Shown here in pieces: positions 21,217 to 30,294 of a stretch of DNA of 64,000 bases; position 1 is the stretch's first letter, and every line of letters starts with the position of its first letter. Source of the DNA: Sumerlaeia bacterium. Its GTDB lineage: Bacteria; Sumerlaeota; Sumerlaeia; MVZB01. Location of the stretch: positions 6,620 to 70,619 of the forward strand of contig JAWLCE010000006.1 of NCBI GenBank assembly GCA_041687335.1, given 5' to 3'. A model generated the notes under the pieces. That model made no database searches. It had not been told where the DNA came from and saw only the letters and a list, made by a program, of their open reading frames with translations. Both the position numbers and the translations under genes were made by a program.

Positions 21217-21966
21217 ATGACGATCTCGACCCATTGCCACCTGCGAGCCCTACTGGGCGCATTGGCGCTGGGCTGGCTGGCCATGGCCGCCAATGCCCAG
21301 GTTACCCACGACCCGCCGATGATCTACCAGCCCCAGGACGTGCTTGTGCCGGTTGACCAGCCGGAGACGCTGGGGGTGAACAATGTCCTTCAGGCAATAA
21401 GCTGGTATATCCCGAACCGACTGGGTGACCTGTCCGACGTGCCGCGGTTTTACATGACGCTGGGCTCGGGGCTGGGCGCCACCGTGCGCGCCACCAAACT
21501 GTTTTATTTCTCACACTATGATTCGGACGCCAAGGCGATCGGCTGGAACGGCCGGCGCGGGCGCTATGGCACCGGTGGCGGATCGATCTTCTTTGGCGAG
21601 CAGATTGACGAAAGCTATGTCGGCTTTCTGGCGGCGCAGGAGGGGCGCATCCAACGCGATCCGAGCGAGCTGGGCCTGTCGCTGTCGCTGTGGGCGATCG
21701 GCGCCAACTTCGCCCTGAGCGGCGCCGAGTTGCTCGACGCCGTGACCGGCATCGTCGGCATCGACCTGATGGGCGACGACCGGGGACCGGTGCTCTATGA
21801 ACAGGTGCCGGCCGGAGGCAGCCATTATCAGCGCGGCCCCGTCCGCGGTCAGCTCGAGGAGCCGCCGGCAGTCTCGGTGGTGCCCGGGGCCCAGCCGCCC
21901 CTGGCCGTCCGCCCGCAGTCAGTCGCTCCCCAAGTCGTTCCCGCCCCCGCCCCGCCCGGGAACTGA
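21217..21966 (+). CDS. Secreted/outer-envelope hypothetical protein
   Basis: RBS AAGGAG at 21201; signal peptide ending ANA; WYIPNRLGDLSD...ELLDAVTGIVGIDLMGDD body; Pro-rich tail. Confidence 0.75.
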   Translation: MTISTHCHLRALLGALALGWLAMAANAQVTHDPPMIYQPQDVLVPVDQPETLGVNNVLQAISWYIPNRLGDLSDVPRFYMTLGSGLGATVRATKLFYFSHYDSDAKAIGWNGRRGRYGTGGGSIFFGEQIDESYVGFLAAQEGRIQRDPSELGLSLSLWAIGANFALSGAELLDAVTGIVGIDLMGDDRGPVLYEQVPAGGSHYQRGPVRGQLEEPPAVSVVPGAQPPLAVRPQSVAPQVVPAPAPPGN

Positions 21967-22050
21967 CCCACCCGCCTTAACGCGCGGCGGACCGATGGAG
22001 CCTCATCCCATCGGTCCGCCGCAAACCGTCCACTCGATTCAATAAAATAA

Positions 22051-24018
22051 TCAGCTCTCCAGCAGCGACTGCTGGGTGGCTTCCCATTTGGCGGTCATGC
22101 GCTCCACGTCGGCGCGCAGGCGCTTCTGGCGACCGCCCAGCTCGGCCAGCTTGGAGGGGTTGGAGTAGACGTTGGGGCTGAGCATCTGCTCGTCGATGCC
22201 GCGCAGCTCCTTCTCGAGCTCGGCGATTTTGGCCTCCAGATCGGAGGCGGTCTTTTCGATGCGGCGCTGCTCGCGCTGGCGCTCCTTGCGTTCCTCGCGG
22301 CTCAACTCGGGCGCCTCGTCCTCGTCGCCGGCGGCGCGGCGCCGGTCGCCATTGGCGCGCGGGCCCGAGGAGCGCCCGGCCGAGGGATCGACCAGCGGGC
22401 TGACCTCGCCCAGCGCCGCCAGCGCCTGGCAGTAGTCGATGTAATTGCCCGAGAAGCTGCGCAGCCGGCCCTCGCGGATCTCGATGATGCGCGTGGGGAC
22501 CTTCTCGAGGAAGACGCGGTCGTGGCTGACGAAGACCAGCGTGCCGGGGAAGCGCGTCATGGCGTCCTCGAGCGTGCGCCGGCTGGCCAGGTCCAGGTGG
22601 TTGGTCGGCTCGTCGAGCAGCAGGGTGTTGGCGCGCGAGAAGAGCATGCGCGCCAGGCGCACCCGCGTGCGTTCGCCGCCCGAGAGCACCTCGATCTTCT
22701 TGTCCAGGTCGTCGCCGACGAAGAAGAAGCCGCCCAGGATCGAGCGCACCTGCTGGTCCATGCCGGGGGGGGCCACCGAGGTGACCTCCTGCCAGACGGT
22801 GTTGACCGGTGAGAGGTCCTCGTGCTCGTATTGGGCGAAGTATTCCACGCTGGTGGCGCCGCCGCGGCGCAGCTCGCCCGAGGTGGCGGTCAGCCGCCCG
22901 ACCATCAGCTTGAGCAGGGTCGACTTGCCGGCGCCGTTGAGGCCGACCAGCGCCACGCGCTCGTTGCGATAGACGGCAAAGTCGATCTCGCGGAGCACCT
23001 CGCGCTCGCCGAAGCGCACGCCGACGCCCTCGCCGATGAAGACCTCCTTGCTGCCGCGGTCGGGCTCGGGGAAGCGGAAGTGGATCGTCGGCGCCTCGGT
23101 GGGGGGTGGCGAGATGCGCTCGATGCGCTCGAGCTGGCGCACGCGCGACTGCACCAGCGAGGCCTTGCTGGCCTGGTAGCGGAAGCGGTCGATAAACTTC
23201 TGCAGGTGGGCGATCTCTTCCTGCTGGTTCATGTATTCGCGCGCCCACTGTTCCCAGCGTTCGCGGCGCGACTCGAGGTATTGCGTGTAGTTGCCGCGGT
23301 AGACGGTCAGCTGGCCGTCGTGAAGCTCGAAGATGCGCTTGGAGAGGTTGTCCATGAAGGCGCGCTCGTGGCTGACCATCAGCACGGCGGCGTCGGAGGC
23401 GCGGATCCACTCCTCCAGCCAGATCATGGTCTCCAGGTCGAGGTGGTTGGTCGGTTCGTCGAGCAGCATGACGTCGGGGTTGCGCAGCAGCAGGCGGGCC
23501 AGCAGGATGCGCATGCGCCAGCCGCCGCTGAACTCGCGGCAGGGGCGCTCCAGGTCGCTGACGGCGAAGCCGAGGCCGGCGGCGATGCGGCCGATCTGGG
23601 CGTCCATGTCGTAGGCGCCCAGGCGCTCGATCTCATGCTGGAGGTGGCCGAAGCGGTCGGCGATTTTGTCATACTCCGCCGAGCCATGTTCGAACTCGGC
23701 GAGCTTGTGGGCCAGCTCCTCCAGCTCGTCCTGATGGCTGAGGATTTCGCGGAAGACCGCGCGCAACTCGTCGCGCAGCGAGCTGTCGGATTCGAAGTCG
23801 GCGTGCTGGGGCAGGTAGCCGATCGTGGCGTCCTTGGGGATGGCGACCTCGCCGCCGTCGTGGCTGACCTGGCCGGCGCAGATCTTGAGCAGCGTGGACT
23901 TGCCGGTGCCGTTGGCGCCAACCAGCGCGACGACCTCGCCCGGCTGGATCTGGAAGCTGACCCGGTCCAGCAGCGCCCGCCCGCTCAGGAATTTCTCGAT
24001 ATTGTTCGCACCCAGCAT
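22051..24018 (-). CDS. ABC-F family ATPase (ribosome-associated, YheS/Uup-like)
   Basis: Two NBDs (GANGTGKST, FSGGWRMR, LLDEPTNHLD; GLNGAGKST, LSGGERTR), no TM domain, C-terminal coiled coil. Confidence 0.93.
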   Translation of the reverse strand: MLGANNIEKFLSGRALLDRVSFQIQPGEVVALVGANGTGKSTLLKICAGQVSHDGGEVAIPKDATIGYLPQHADFESDSSLRDELRAVFREILSHQDELEELAHKLAEFEHGSAEYDKIADRFGHLQHEIERLGAYDMDAQIGRIAAGLGFAVSDLERPCREFSGGWRMRILLARLLLRNPDVMLLDEPTNHLDLETMIWLEEWIRASDAAVLMVSHERAFMDNLSKRIFELHDGQLTVYRGNYTQYLESRRERWEQWAREYMNQQEEIAHLQKFIDRFRYQASKASLVQSRVRQLERIERISPPPTEAPTIHFRFPEPDRGSKEVFIGEGVGVRFGEREVLREIDFAVYRNERVALVGLNGAGKSTLLKLMVGRLTATSGELRRGGATSVEYFAQYEHEDLSPVNTVWQEVTSVAPPGMDQQVRSILGGFFFVGDDLDKKIEVLSGGERTRVRLARMLFSRANTLLLDEPTNHLDLASRRTLEDAMTRFPGTLVFVSHDRVFLEKVPTRIIEIREGRLRSFSGNYIDYCQALAALGEVSPLVDPSAGRSSGPRANGDRRRAAGDEDEAPELSREERKERQREQRRIEKTASDLEAKIAELEKELRGIDEQMLSPNVYSNPSKLAELGGRQKRLRADVERMTAKWEATQQSLLES

Positions 24019-24123
24019 ACTCCATCCCTCTCCCCGCCCACCGGCGGACCACAATCGGTGCCATGATAGCGCCAAACGGGGGAGGATTTGAACCGGAAAG
24101 CCATTTGGCAGGTTGTTGAAGTG

Positions 24124-24181
24124 GTAGGTCGGGTCTTTGACCCGACATGGCCTACAGTGTCGGCTCGGAGAGCCGACCTAC
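24124..24181. repeat. GTAG-type REP doublet (REPIN)
   Basis: gtaggtcgggtctttgacccgacat ... tgtcggctcggagagccgacctac; related units at 8644, 36090/36338, 38137 and 50718/50911. Confidence 0.85.
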
Positions 24182-24359
24182 CCTTCGGAAAGAGATTCCG
24201 GACTGTAAGGTCTGCGGGGGTGTGGCGTCCAACGGGCGTTGCCTCCATGGGGGCGGCGCGAAAAAATTCGGCCCAGGCTTTGGGGGCCGGTAGAATAAGA
24301 GCCCGTGGCGGGTCCGGCCCGCGCGGACCCGATGAAAACATGAAAGGAACCCGACACCG

Positions 24360-24899
24360 ATGCTCTCAGTTGGTCAAAAATTTCCCTCCTTCAACCTGAA
24401 GGCCGTCGTTGATATCGATCCGGCCAAGGCTTTCAAGCAGGTCAGCAATGAAACGTGGGCGGGCAAGTGGCTCGTCGTCTTCTTCTGGCCGAAGGACTTC
24501 ACGTTCGTCTGCCCGACCGAAATCGCGGCCTTTGGCAAGCTCAGCCCCGAGTTCGCCGAGCGCGAGACGCAGGTGCTGGGCGTCAGCACCGACAGCGAGT
24601 TCGTCCACCTGGCCTGGCGCCAGAACCACGAGGACCTCAATAAGCTGCCGATCCCGATGCTCTCCGACATCAAGCGCGAGCTGAGCCAGGAGCTGGGCAT
24701 CCTGGACCCGGTCGAGGGCGTGGCCCAGCGCGCGACCTACATCGTCGACCCCGATGGGATCATCCGCTTCTCAATGGTGACCGACCTGAGCGTCGGGCGC
24801 AACGTGGGCGAGGTGCTGCGCGTGCTCGACGCGCTCCAGACCGACGAGCTGTGCCCCTGCAACTGGCAGAAGGGCGAGCCGACGCTGGTGACGGCGTAA
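24360..24899 (+). CDS. ahpC: Peroxiredoxin, alkyl hydroperoxide reductase C
   Basis: FWPKDFTFVCPTE peroxidatic motif and ELCPCNW resolving motif (AhpD-partnered type). Confidence 0.95.
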   Translation: MLSVGQKFPSFNLKAVVDIDPAKAFKQVSNETWAGKWLVVFFWPKDFTFVCPTEIAAFGKLSPEFAERETQVLGVSTDSEFVHLAWRQNHEDLNKLPIPMLSDIKRELSQELGILDPVEGVAQRATYIVDPDGIIRFSMVTDLSVGRNVGEVLRVLDALQTDELCPCNWQKGEPTLVTA

Positions 24900-24996
24900 G
24901 CCCCGACCGGCTGAAGATCACAGTCGCAGGCCGGATGGGGGGATGCCTCCCATCCGGCCGAACCAAAAGTATTTTCAGAGAAAGGCTATTTCCCGT

Positions 24997-25548
24997 ATGT
25001 CGATCGAGAACATCAAGGCCCAGTTGCCCGAATATGCCAAGGACCTGCGGCTCAACCTGTCCTCGCTGGTTAGCTCGGCGCCGGGCGAAATGACCCCGCG
25101 CCAGCTCTGGGGGGCGCTGGTGGCCTGCGCCTATGCCACCCGCAACAGCCGGGTGCTGACCGAGCTGCTCGAGGAGGCGCGCCCGCACCTGGATGAGGCC
25201 GCCGAGGGCGCCGCCAAGGCCGCCGCCGCGATCATGGCGATGAACAATGTCTATTACCGCTCGCTGCACCTGATGAGCGAGCCGGCCTACCGCACGATGC
25301 CGGCGCGCCTGCGCATGAACGTGATCGCCAATCCGGGCGTCGACAAGGTCGACTTCGAGTTGTGGTCGCTGGCGGTCTCGGCGATCGGCGGCTGCGGCAT
25401 GTGTCTGGACTCGCACGAGAAGATGCTGGCCGGCCATGGCGTCGGCCGAGAGATCATCCAGCACGCGCTGCGGATCGCGGCGGTGGTCAATGCCGTCGCC
25501 GTCGTGCACGAGGTCGAGGGCTCGCTCGCGCCCGAACTGCCGGCCTGA
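24997..25548 (+). CDS. ahpD: Alkylhydroperoxidase AhpD
   Basis: LPEYAKDLRLNL, MAMNNVYYR, FELWSLAVSAIGGCGMCLDSHE; follows ahpC. Confidence 0.93.
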   Translation: MSIENIKAQLPEYAKDLRLNLSSLVSSAPGEMTPRQLWGALVACAYATRNSRVLTELLEEARPHLDEAAEGAAKAAAAIMAMNNVYYRSLHLMSEPAYRTMPARLRMNVIANPGVDKVDFELWSLAVSAIGGCGMCLDSHEKMLAGHGVGREIIQHALRIAAVVNAVAVVHEVEGSLAPELPA

Positions 25549-25764
25549 GGCCAACCAACCCCGATGAAACCCACAAGGGCCCCGGAGGGAGACCCCCTCC
25601 GGGGCGTCTGCTTTCAGCCAGATCGGCGCTTCGGGCCGACGTGGGAAAACCATCGGCTGCGCGTCCGGGGGGCAATTGTGTTGACTCTTTTGGCCGGCTC
25701 GGGATAAAAAAGGGGGACTTTGGCCTTGCCATGGCGGGCCAACCACCAATCAGGAGCTCAGGGG

Positions 25765-27780
25765 ATGAACACTCAGGAAAAGCAGATTTTGCAGCGCGTC
25801 GCCGATACGATTCGCGTGCTTTCGGCCGAGGCGATCGAGCAGGTCAATTCGGGTCACCCCGGCCTGCCGCTGGGCTGCGCCGAGGCTGGCGCGGTGCTGT
25901 TCAGCCGCATCATGCGCCACAACCCGGCCAACCCCAACTGGCCCGGCCGCGACCGCTTCGTGCTGTCGGCGGGCCATGGCTCGATGCTGCTTTACTCGCT
26001 GCTGCACCTGACCGGCTTCGGCCTGAGCACCGAGCAGCTCGCCAGCTTCCGCCACCTCAAGAGCGAGACCCCCGGCCATCCCGAACTGGGCGAGACGGCG
26101 GGCGTCGAGGTCACCACCGGTCCGCTGGGCCAGGGCCTCGGCATGGGCGCCGGCATGGCGGTCGCCCAGCGGTTGATGGACGCCCAGATCGGCGGCGGCC
26201 TGTTTGACGGCAAGGTTTTCGTGCTCGCCAGCGACGGCGACATGATGGAGGGCATCAGCCACGAGGTCGGCGCGATTGCCGGCCACCTCAAGCTCCACCC
26301 GCTGGTCGTGCTCTACGATAACAACCAGATCTGCCTGGACGGCCCCACCAGCGACTGCCTCACCGATGATGTGCTGGCGCGCTTCCGCGCCTACGGCTGG
26401 AAGGTCAACCACGTCGACGGCCACGACCTGGAGGCGCTGGAGACGGCGCTGGTCGAAGCGCGGGCCGAGCGCAGCCAGCCGACGCTGATCTCGATGCGCA
26501 CGGTGATCGGCAAGGGCGCCCCGCAAAAGCAGGGCAGCAGCGGTGTGCACGGCGCCCCGCTCGGCGCCGAGGAACTGGCGCGGCTCAAGGAAGGCCTGGG
26601 CTGGCCGGCCGAGCCGTTTCACGTCCCGGCCGAGGTGGCCGCCTATTTTGAGGAGCGCAAGGCGGTCTTCGCCGGCTATGAGCGCGAGTGGAATGAGAAG
26701 CTGGCCGCGCTGCGGGCCGCGGACCCTGAGAAGGGCAAGCTCTACGACACCTTCGCCGGGCGCAGCCTGCCGGCAGACTTCGACGAGCAGCTCTGGAACG
26801 CGCAGGTCTCGGCGGGCAAGGCGACCCGCGTCATGTCGGGTGAGATGATCAACCACGTCGCCCGGCTGATTCCCTTCTTCTACTCCGGCTCCGCGGACCT
26901 GTCGGTCTCCGACAACACGGCCATCAAGGGGATGGGGACGATCTCGCCCGAGGACTTCAGCGGCCGCACCTTCAAGTTCGGCGTGCGCGAGTTCGGCATG
27001 GCGGCGATCTGCAACGGCATGGCGGCCTTCGGCATGGTCCAGCCGCTGTGCGGCACCTTCTTCACCTTCTCCGACTACATGCGCAACGCGCTGCGGCTGG
27101 CGGCGATCATGCGCCAGCGCGTCATCTACCAGTTCACCCACGACTCGATCTTCGTCGGCGAGGATGGCCCGACCCACCAGCCAATCGAACACTTGGCCTC
27201 GCTGCGCGCGATGCCCGGCTTCACGCTCTTCCGCCCCTGCGACGAGAACGAGCTGCGGGCGTCCTGGATCGAGGCCTTCAAGACCCAGGGCCCGGTGGCG
27301 CTGATCCTGACCCGCCAGAACCTGAAGAGCCAGGGCGAGGCCTCGCGCGCCAATGCCCGCGAGGGCGTCGCCCGCGGCGGCTACATCCTGCACGGCGAGA
27401 GCGGCGACGTGGACGTGCTGATTGCCGCCACCGGCTCCGAGGTCGAGCCGGCGATGGGCGCGGCCCGGTTGCTTGAGGCCGAGGGCAAGCGCGTGCGCGT
27501 GGTATCCCTGCCGAGCTGGCAGCGCTTCGACGCCCAGGACGCCGCTTACCGCGAGTCGGTGCTGGGCGGGCAGGCTGCCCTGCGGGTCAGCGTCGAGGCC
27601 GGCGCGACCCTGGGCTGGCACAAGTATGTCGGCGCCGACGGTCTCACCATCGGCATCGACACCTTCGGCGCCTCGGGCAACATGAAGGACCTCGCCGATT
27701 ACTACGGCCTGACCCCCGAGAAGATCGCCGGTCGCATCGGCTCCGAGTTGGCGGCCCGCGCCGCCACCGCCGGCCGCTGA
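25765..27780 (+). CDS. tkt: Transketolase
   Basis: NSGHPG, RDRFVLSAGHGSML, TTGPLGQG, GVREFGM, THDSIFVGEDGPTHQP. Confidence 0.96.
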   Translation: MNTQEKQILQRVADTIRVLSAEAIEQVNSGHPGLPLGCAEAGAVLFSRIMRHNPANPNWPGRDRFVLSAGHGSMLLYSLLHLTGFGLSTEQLASFRHLKSETPGHPELGETAGVEVTTGPLGQGLGMGAGMAVAQRLMDAQIGGGLFDGKVFVLASDGDMMEGISHEVGAIAGHLKLHPLVVLYDNNQICLDGPTSDCLTDDVLARFRAYGWKVNHVDGHDLEALETALVEARAERSQPTLISMRTVIGKGAPQKQGSSGVHGAPLGAEELARLKEGLGWPAEPFHVPAEVAAYFEERKAVFAGYEREWNEKLAALRAADPEKGKLYDTFAGRSLPADFDEQLWNAQVSAGKATRVMSGEMINHVARLIPFFYSGSADLSVSDNTAIKGMGTISPEDFSGRTFKFGVREFGMAAICNGMAAFGMVQPLCGTFFTFSDYMRNALRLAAIMRQRVIYQFTHDSIFVGEDGPTHQPIEHLASLRAMPGFTLFRPCDENELRASWIEAFKTQGPVALILTRQNLKSQGEASRANAREGVARGGYILHGESGDVDVLIAATGSEVEPAMGAARLLEAEGKRVRVVSLPSWQRFDAQDAAYRESVLGGQAALRVSVEAGATLGWHKYVGADGLTIGIDTFGASGNMKDLADYYGLTPEKIAGRIGSELAARAATAGR

Positions 27781-27883
27781 TCGGCCAGCTGACCTGAAAC
27801 AGATTCCCCCGGCCGCGCGACTTCATCACTGAAGCCCACGCGACCGGGGGTTTCTTTTTGGCGCCAATCAAGGGGGGGAGGCG

Positions 27884-28123
27884 ATGGGTGGCCTGCTGTT
27901 CTGGATCTGCCTCGTCTTGGTGCTGGCCCTCGGCGGCGTGATGGGCGGCATGGGCGCCGGCCGTGAGTTCCGCGAGCTGATCCTCACATGGGCGGGCGGG
28001 ATCATGGTGGCGCTGGTGGTGATTGTGCTGGGCCTGGCGCTGATGGTCTGGCAACCCTGGCTGGGCGGCCTCTTCATCGTCATCACCGGCCTCTACCTGG
28101 TCGACTGGATGCTCAAGTCCTGA
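27884..28123 (+). CDS. Small membrane protein
   Basis: 79 aa with three hydrophobic segments; GGAGG RBS. Confidence 0.6.
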   Translation: MGGLLFWICLVLVLALGGVMGGMGAGREFRELILTWAGGIMVALVVIVLGLALMVWQPWLGGLFIVITGLYLVDWMLKS

Positions 28124-28136
28124 CGGCCGGGTCGGT

Positions 28137-29333
28137 CTACCGATATTGGCGCCAGTGGTTGGCGCCTGTTGCCCCGGCAGGGTCGGTCAACCGGTAGATC
28201 GCGCCGCCGCTGTAATCACAGACGTAAATCTCGCCGGCTTCGTCCTCGCCAAAGGAGCTGAACCTCCCCGGGGTGTCCAGCCGCTGGGTGCTCTGGCCCG
28301 ACCATTGGGCCGGGCCGGTCGGCGCAAGCGACCAGATGCGCCCGCTGCCGAAATCGCCGAAGAAGTAGTGGCCGTTCATACGGGGATACTTGCGGCCGCG
28401 GTAGACGTAGCCGCCGGTGACGCTGATGTTGCCATTGGCGCGCGGGTATTCGTGGAGCGGCAGGATGAGCCCGGTGGGGTCGCAGCTGGAGCCGGGAGGG
28501 TAGCAGTGCGCCCCCTCCATCCGGTTCCAGCCGTAGTTGCCGCCGGGCTGGACGATGTTGACTTCTTCCCAGGAGCTTTGGCCGACGTCGGCTGCCAGCA
28601 GCACGCCCCACTGGCGGTCGAAACTGAATCGCCATGGATTGCGGAAGCCCCAGGCGAAGATTTCCTCGCGCCACCCCTGCGCGTTGCCAGCGAAAGGGTT
28701 GCCCGGCGGGATCGAATATTGAAGCCCCCCTGCAGCCTGATCGACATCCATGCGCAGGATGTTGCCGTGCAGGGTGGCGCGGTTTTGGGCATTGCCGAGC
28801 GGGTCGCCGGTGCCGCCGCCATCGCCGGTGGCCATGTAGAGATAGCCGTCGGGTCCGAAGGCGAGCATGCCGGCGTTGTGATTGTCGTAAGGCTGCGCCA
28901 GCTCGATCAGGACCACCTCGGAGGCCGCATCGGCGCGATCGGGTTGATCTCCGACCCGCAGGCGCGAGAGGCGCGTCGTGAGCTGGCCGTTTAGCATGAT
29001 CGTGTAGTTGATGAAGAACAGGCCGTTGGCGGGGTAGGCGGGGTGGAAGGCGAGCCCCAGCAGGCCGCCCTCGCCGCCCGCGGCCACGGAGCGGGTCAGG
29101 AAAGGATCGGGCCGCACGAGCCCCGACGCCTCGACGATGCGGATCGTGCCGCCCTTTTCGACTACGAAGCGCCGACCGCTGCCGTCGCCGGCGTGGGTCA
29201 CGAACAGCGGCTGGGTAAAGCCGCCGGCGATCGTCTCGAGGGCCAGGTCAAATTGTGCCCGGGCGGCGCCCGTGAGGGCCAGCCAGGTTAGCGTGGCGAT
29301 CAGCAGGCGGTCGATTTGGTATCCAGTCGCCAT
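28137..29333 (-). CDS. Secreted glucose/sorbosone dehydrogenase (PQQ-dependent sugar dehydrogenase family) beta-propeller
   Basis: GEGGLLGLAFHP, NHNAGMLAFGPDGYLY, GFRNPWRFSFD, GGNYGW, SSFGEDEAGEIY; signal peptide; C-terminal TGANHWRQYR tail. Confidence 0.9.
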   Translation of the reverse strand: MATGYQIDRLLIATLTWLALTGAARAQFDLALETIAGGFTQPLFVTHAGDGSGRRFVVEKGGTIRIVEASGLVRPDPFLTRSVAAGGEGGLLGLAFHPAYPANGLFFINYTIMLNGQLTTRLSRLRVGDQPDRADAASEVVLIELAQPYDNHNAGMLAFGPDGYLYMATGDGGGTGDPLGNAQNRATLHGNILRMDVDQAAGGLQYSIPPGNPFAGNAQGWREEIFAWGFRNPWRFSFDRQWGVLLAADVGQSSWEEVNIVQPGGNYGWNRMEGAHCYPPGSSCDPTGLILPLHEYPRANGNISVTGGYVYRGRKYPRMNGHYFFGDFGSGRIWSLAPTGPAQWSGQSTQRLDTPGRFSSFGEDEAGEIYVCDYSGGAIYRLTDPAGATGANHWRQYR

Positions 29334-29414
29334 GGCGGGGCATTCTCCGGTTGTGATGGGCAACAAGAGAATGCTCCCGCCGTGGTCGGGTGCGGGTCAA
29401 GTTTTAGAGTCGCG

Positions 29415-30128
29415 TCAGCGGGCTTCGTCCAGCGACGGCAGGCCGAGCCCCGCCAGCATCAGGTTGGCCAGAAAGCGGTTGCCGAGGACGTTGAGGTGGA
29501 CCTCGTCGGTGGTCAGGATGCCCTTGGGCTCGTTATTGGGATTGTTGGCGGCCAGGTAGCTCATGAACGCCTGGCGCAGGTCGATCAGTGTGAGGTTGCG
29601 CTCGCGGGCCACCTGCCGGGTGACCGAGGCATAGTCGTCCAGCATGGCGTCGAAGGCATTGCTGCCGTCGGTGCGTTCGCCGATGACGGTGGGAGTGCAA
29701 AGGACGGCGCGCGCGCCGGCGGCCTCGATGCGGTCGACCAGGTTGTGGAGGCCGGCCTCGAAATCATGGCGCGTGGTGCCCTTGCCGTTCTTCCAGTGCC
29801 AGACGTCATTGATGCCGATGTAGATGACGACGACGTCGGGGTCGAGCGCCAGCACATCACGATCGAGCCGCTCCTGCAGGTTGGGGACGCGGTTGCCGCC
29901 GATCCCCGAGCCGACGATGATGATGCCCTCGCCCGGGCGTGCCTGCTCGACCGCCGCCGCCGCCAGCGTCACGTAGCCATTGGGCTGGACGCCGCCGCGG
30001 GTGATGGAGTCGCCAAAGAAGACGACCTTCTCGCCGGGCTGGACGGAGGGTCCCCCCGCCGGCTTGCAGAACTGGGCGCAGCCGCCCAACAGGAGCAGAA
30101 CCATCGATAGCGAGCACAGCAGCTTCAT
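29415..30128 (-). CDS. SGNH/GDSL hydrolase, probable lipoprotein
   Basis: FFGDSIT, GIGGN, IGINDV, DEVH motifs; LGGC lipobox. Confidence 0.9.
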   Translation of the reverse strand: MKLLCSLSMVLLLLGGCAQFCKPAGGPSVQPGEKVVFFGDSITRGGVQPNGYVTLAAAAVEQARPGEGIIIVGSGIGGNRVPNLQERLDRDVLALDPDVVVIYIGINDVWHWKNGKGTTRHDFEAGLHNLVDRIEAAGARAVLCTPTVIGERTDGSNAFDAMLDDYASVTRQVARERNLTLIDLRQAFMSYLAANNPNNEPKGILTTDEVHLNVLGNRFLANLMLAGLGLPSLDEAR

Positions 30129-30294
30129 TGCGATTCACCTCGTTAAAATTAATGTCCAATGCGACTCCCATCATCGCCGATCAAACGGGCCATTTTCCAA
30201 TGGATAATGCGCGGCTGCAAAGTGATGCGGTGAACCGCGCGCTTCCGCTGCGTCCCCTGAAACTTTGCGTCCTGCTCGCCGAGTCGATGGGCGG

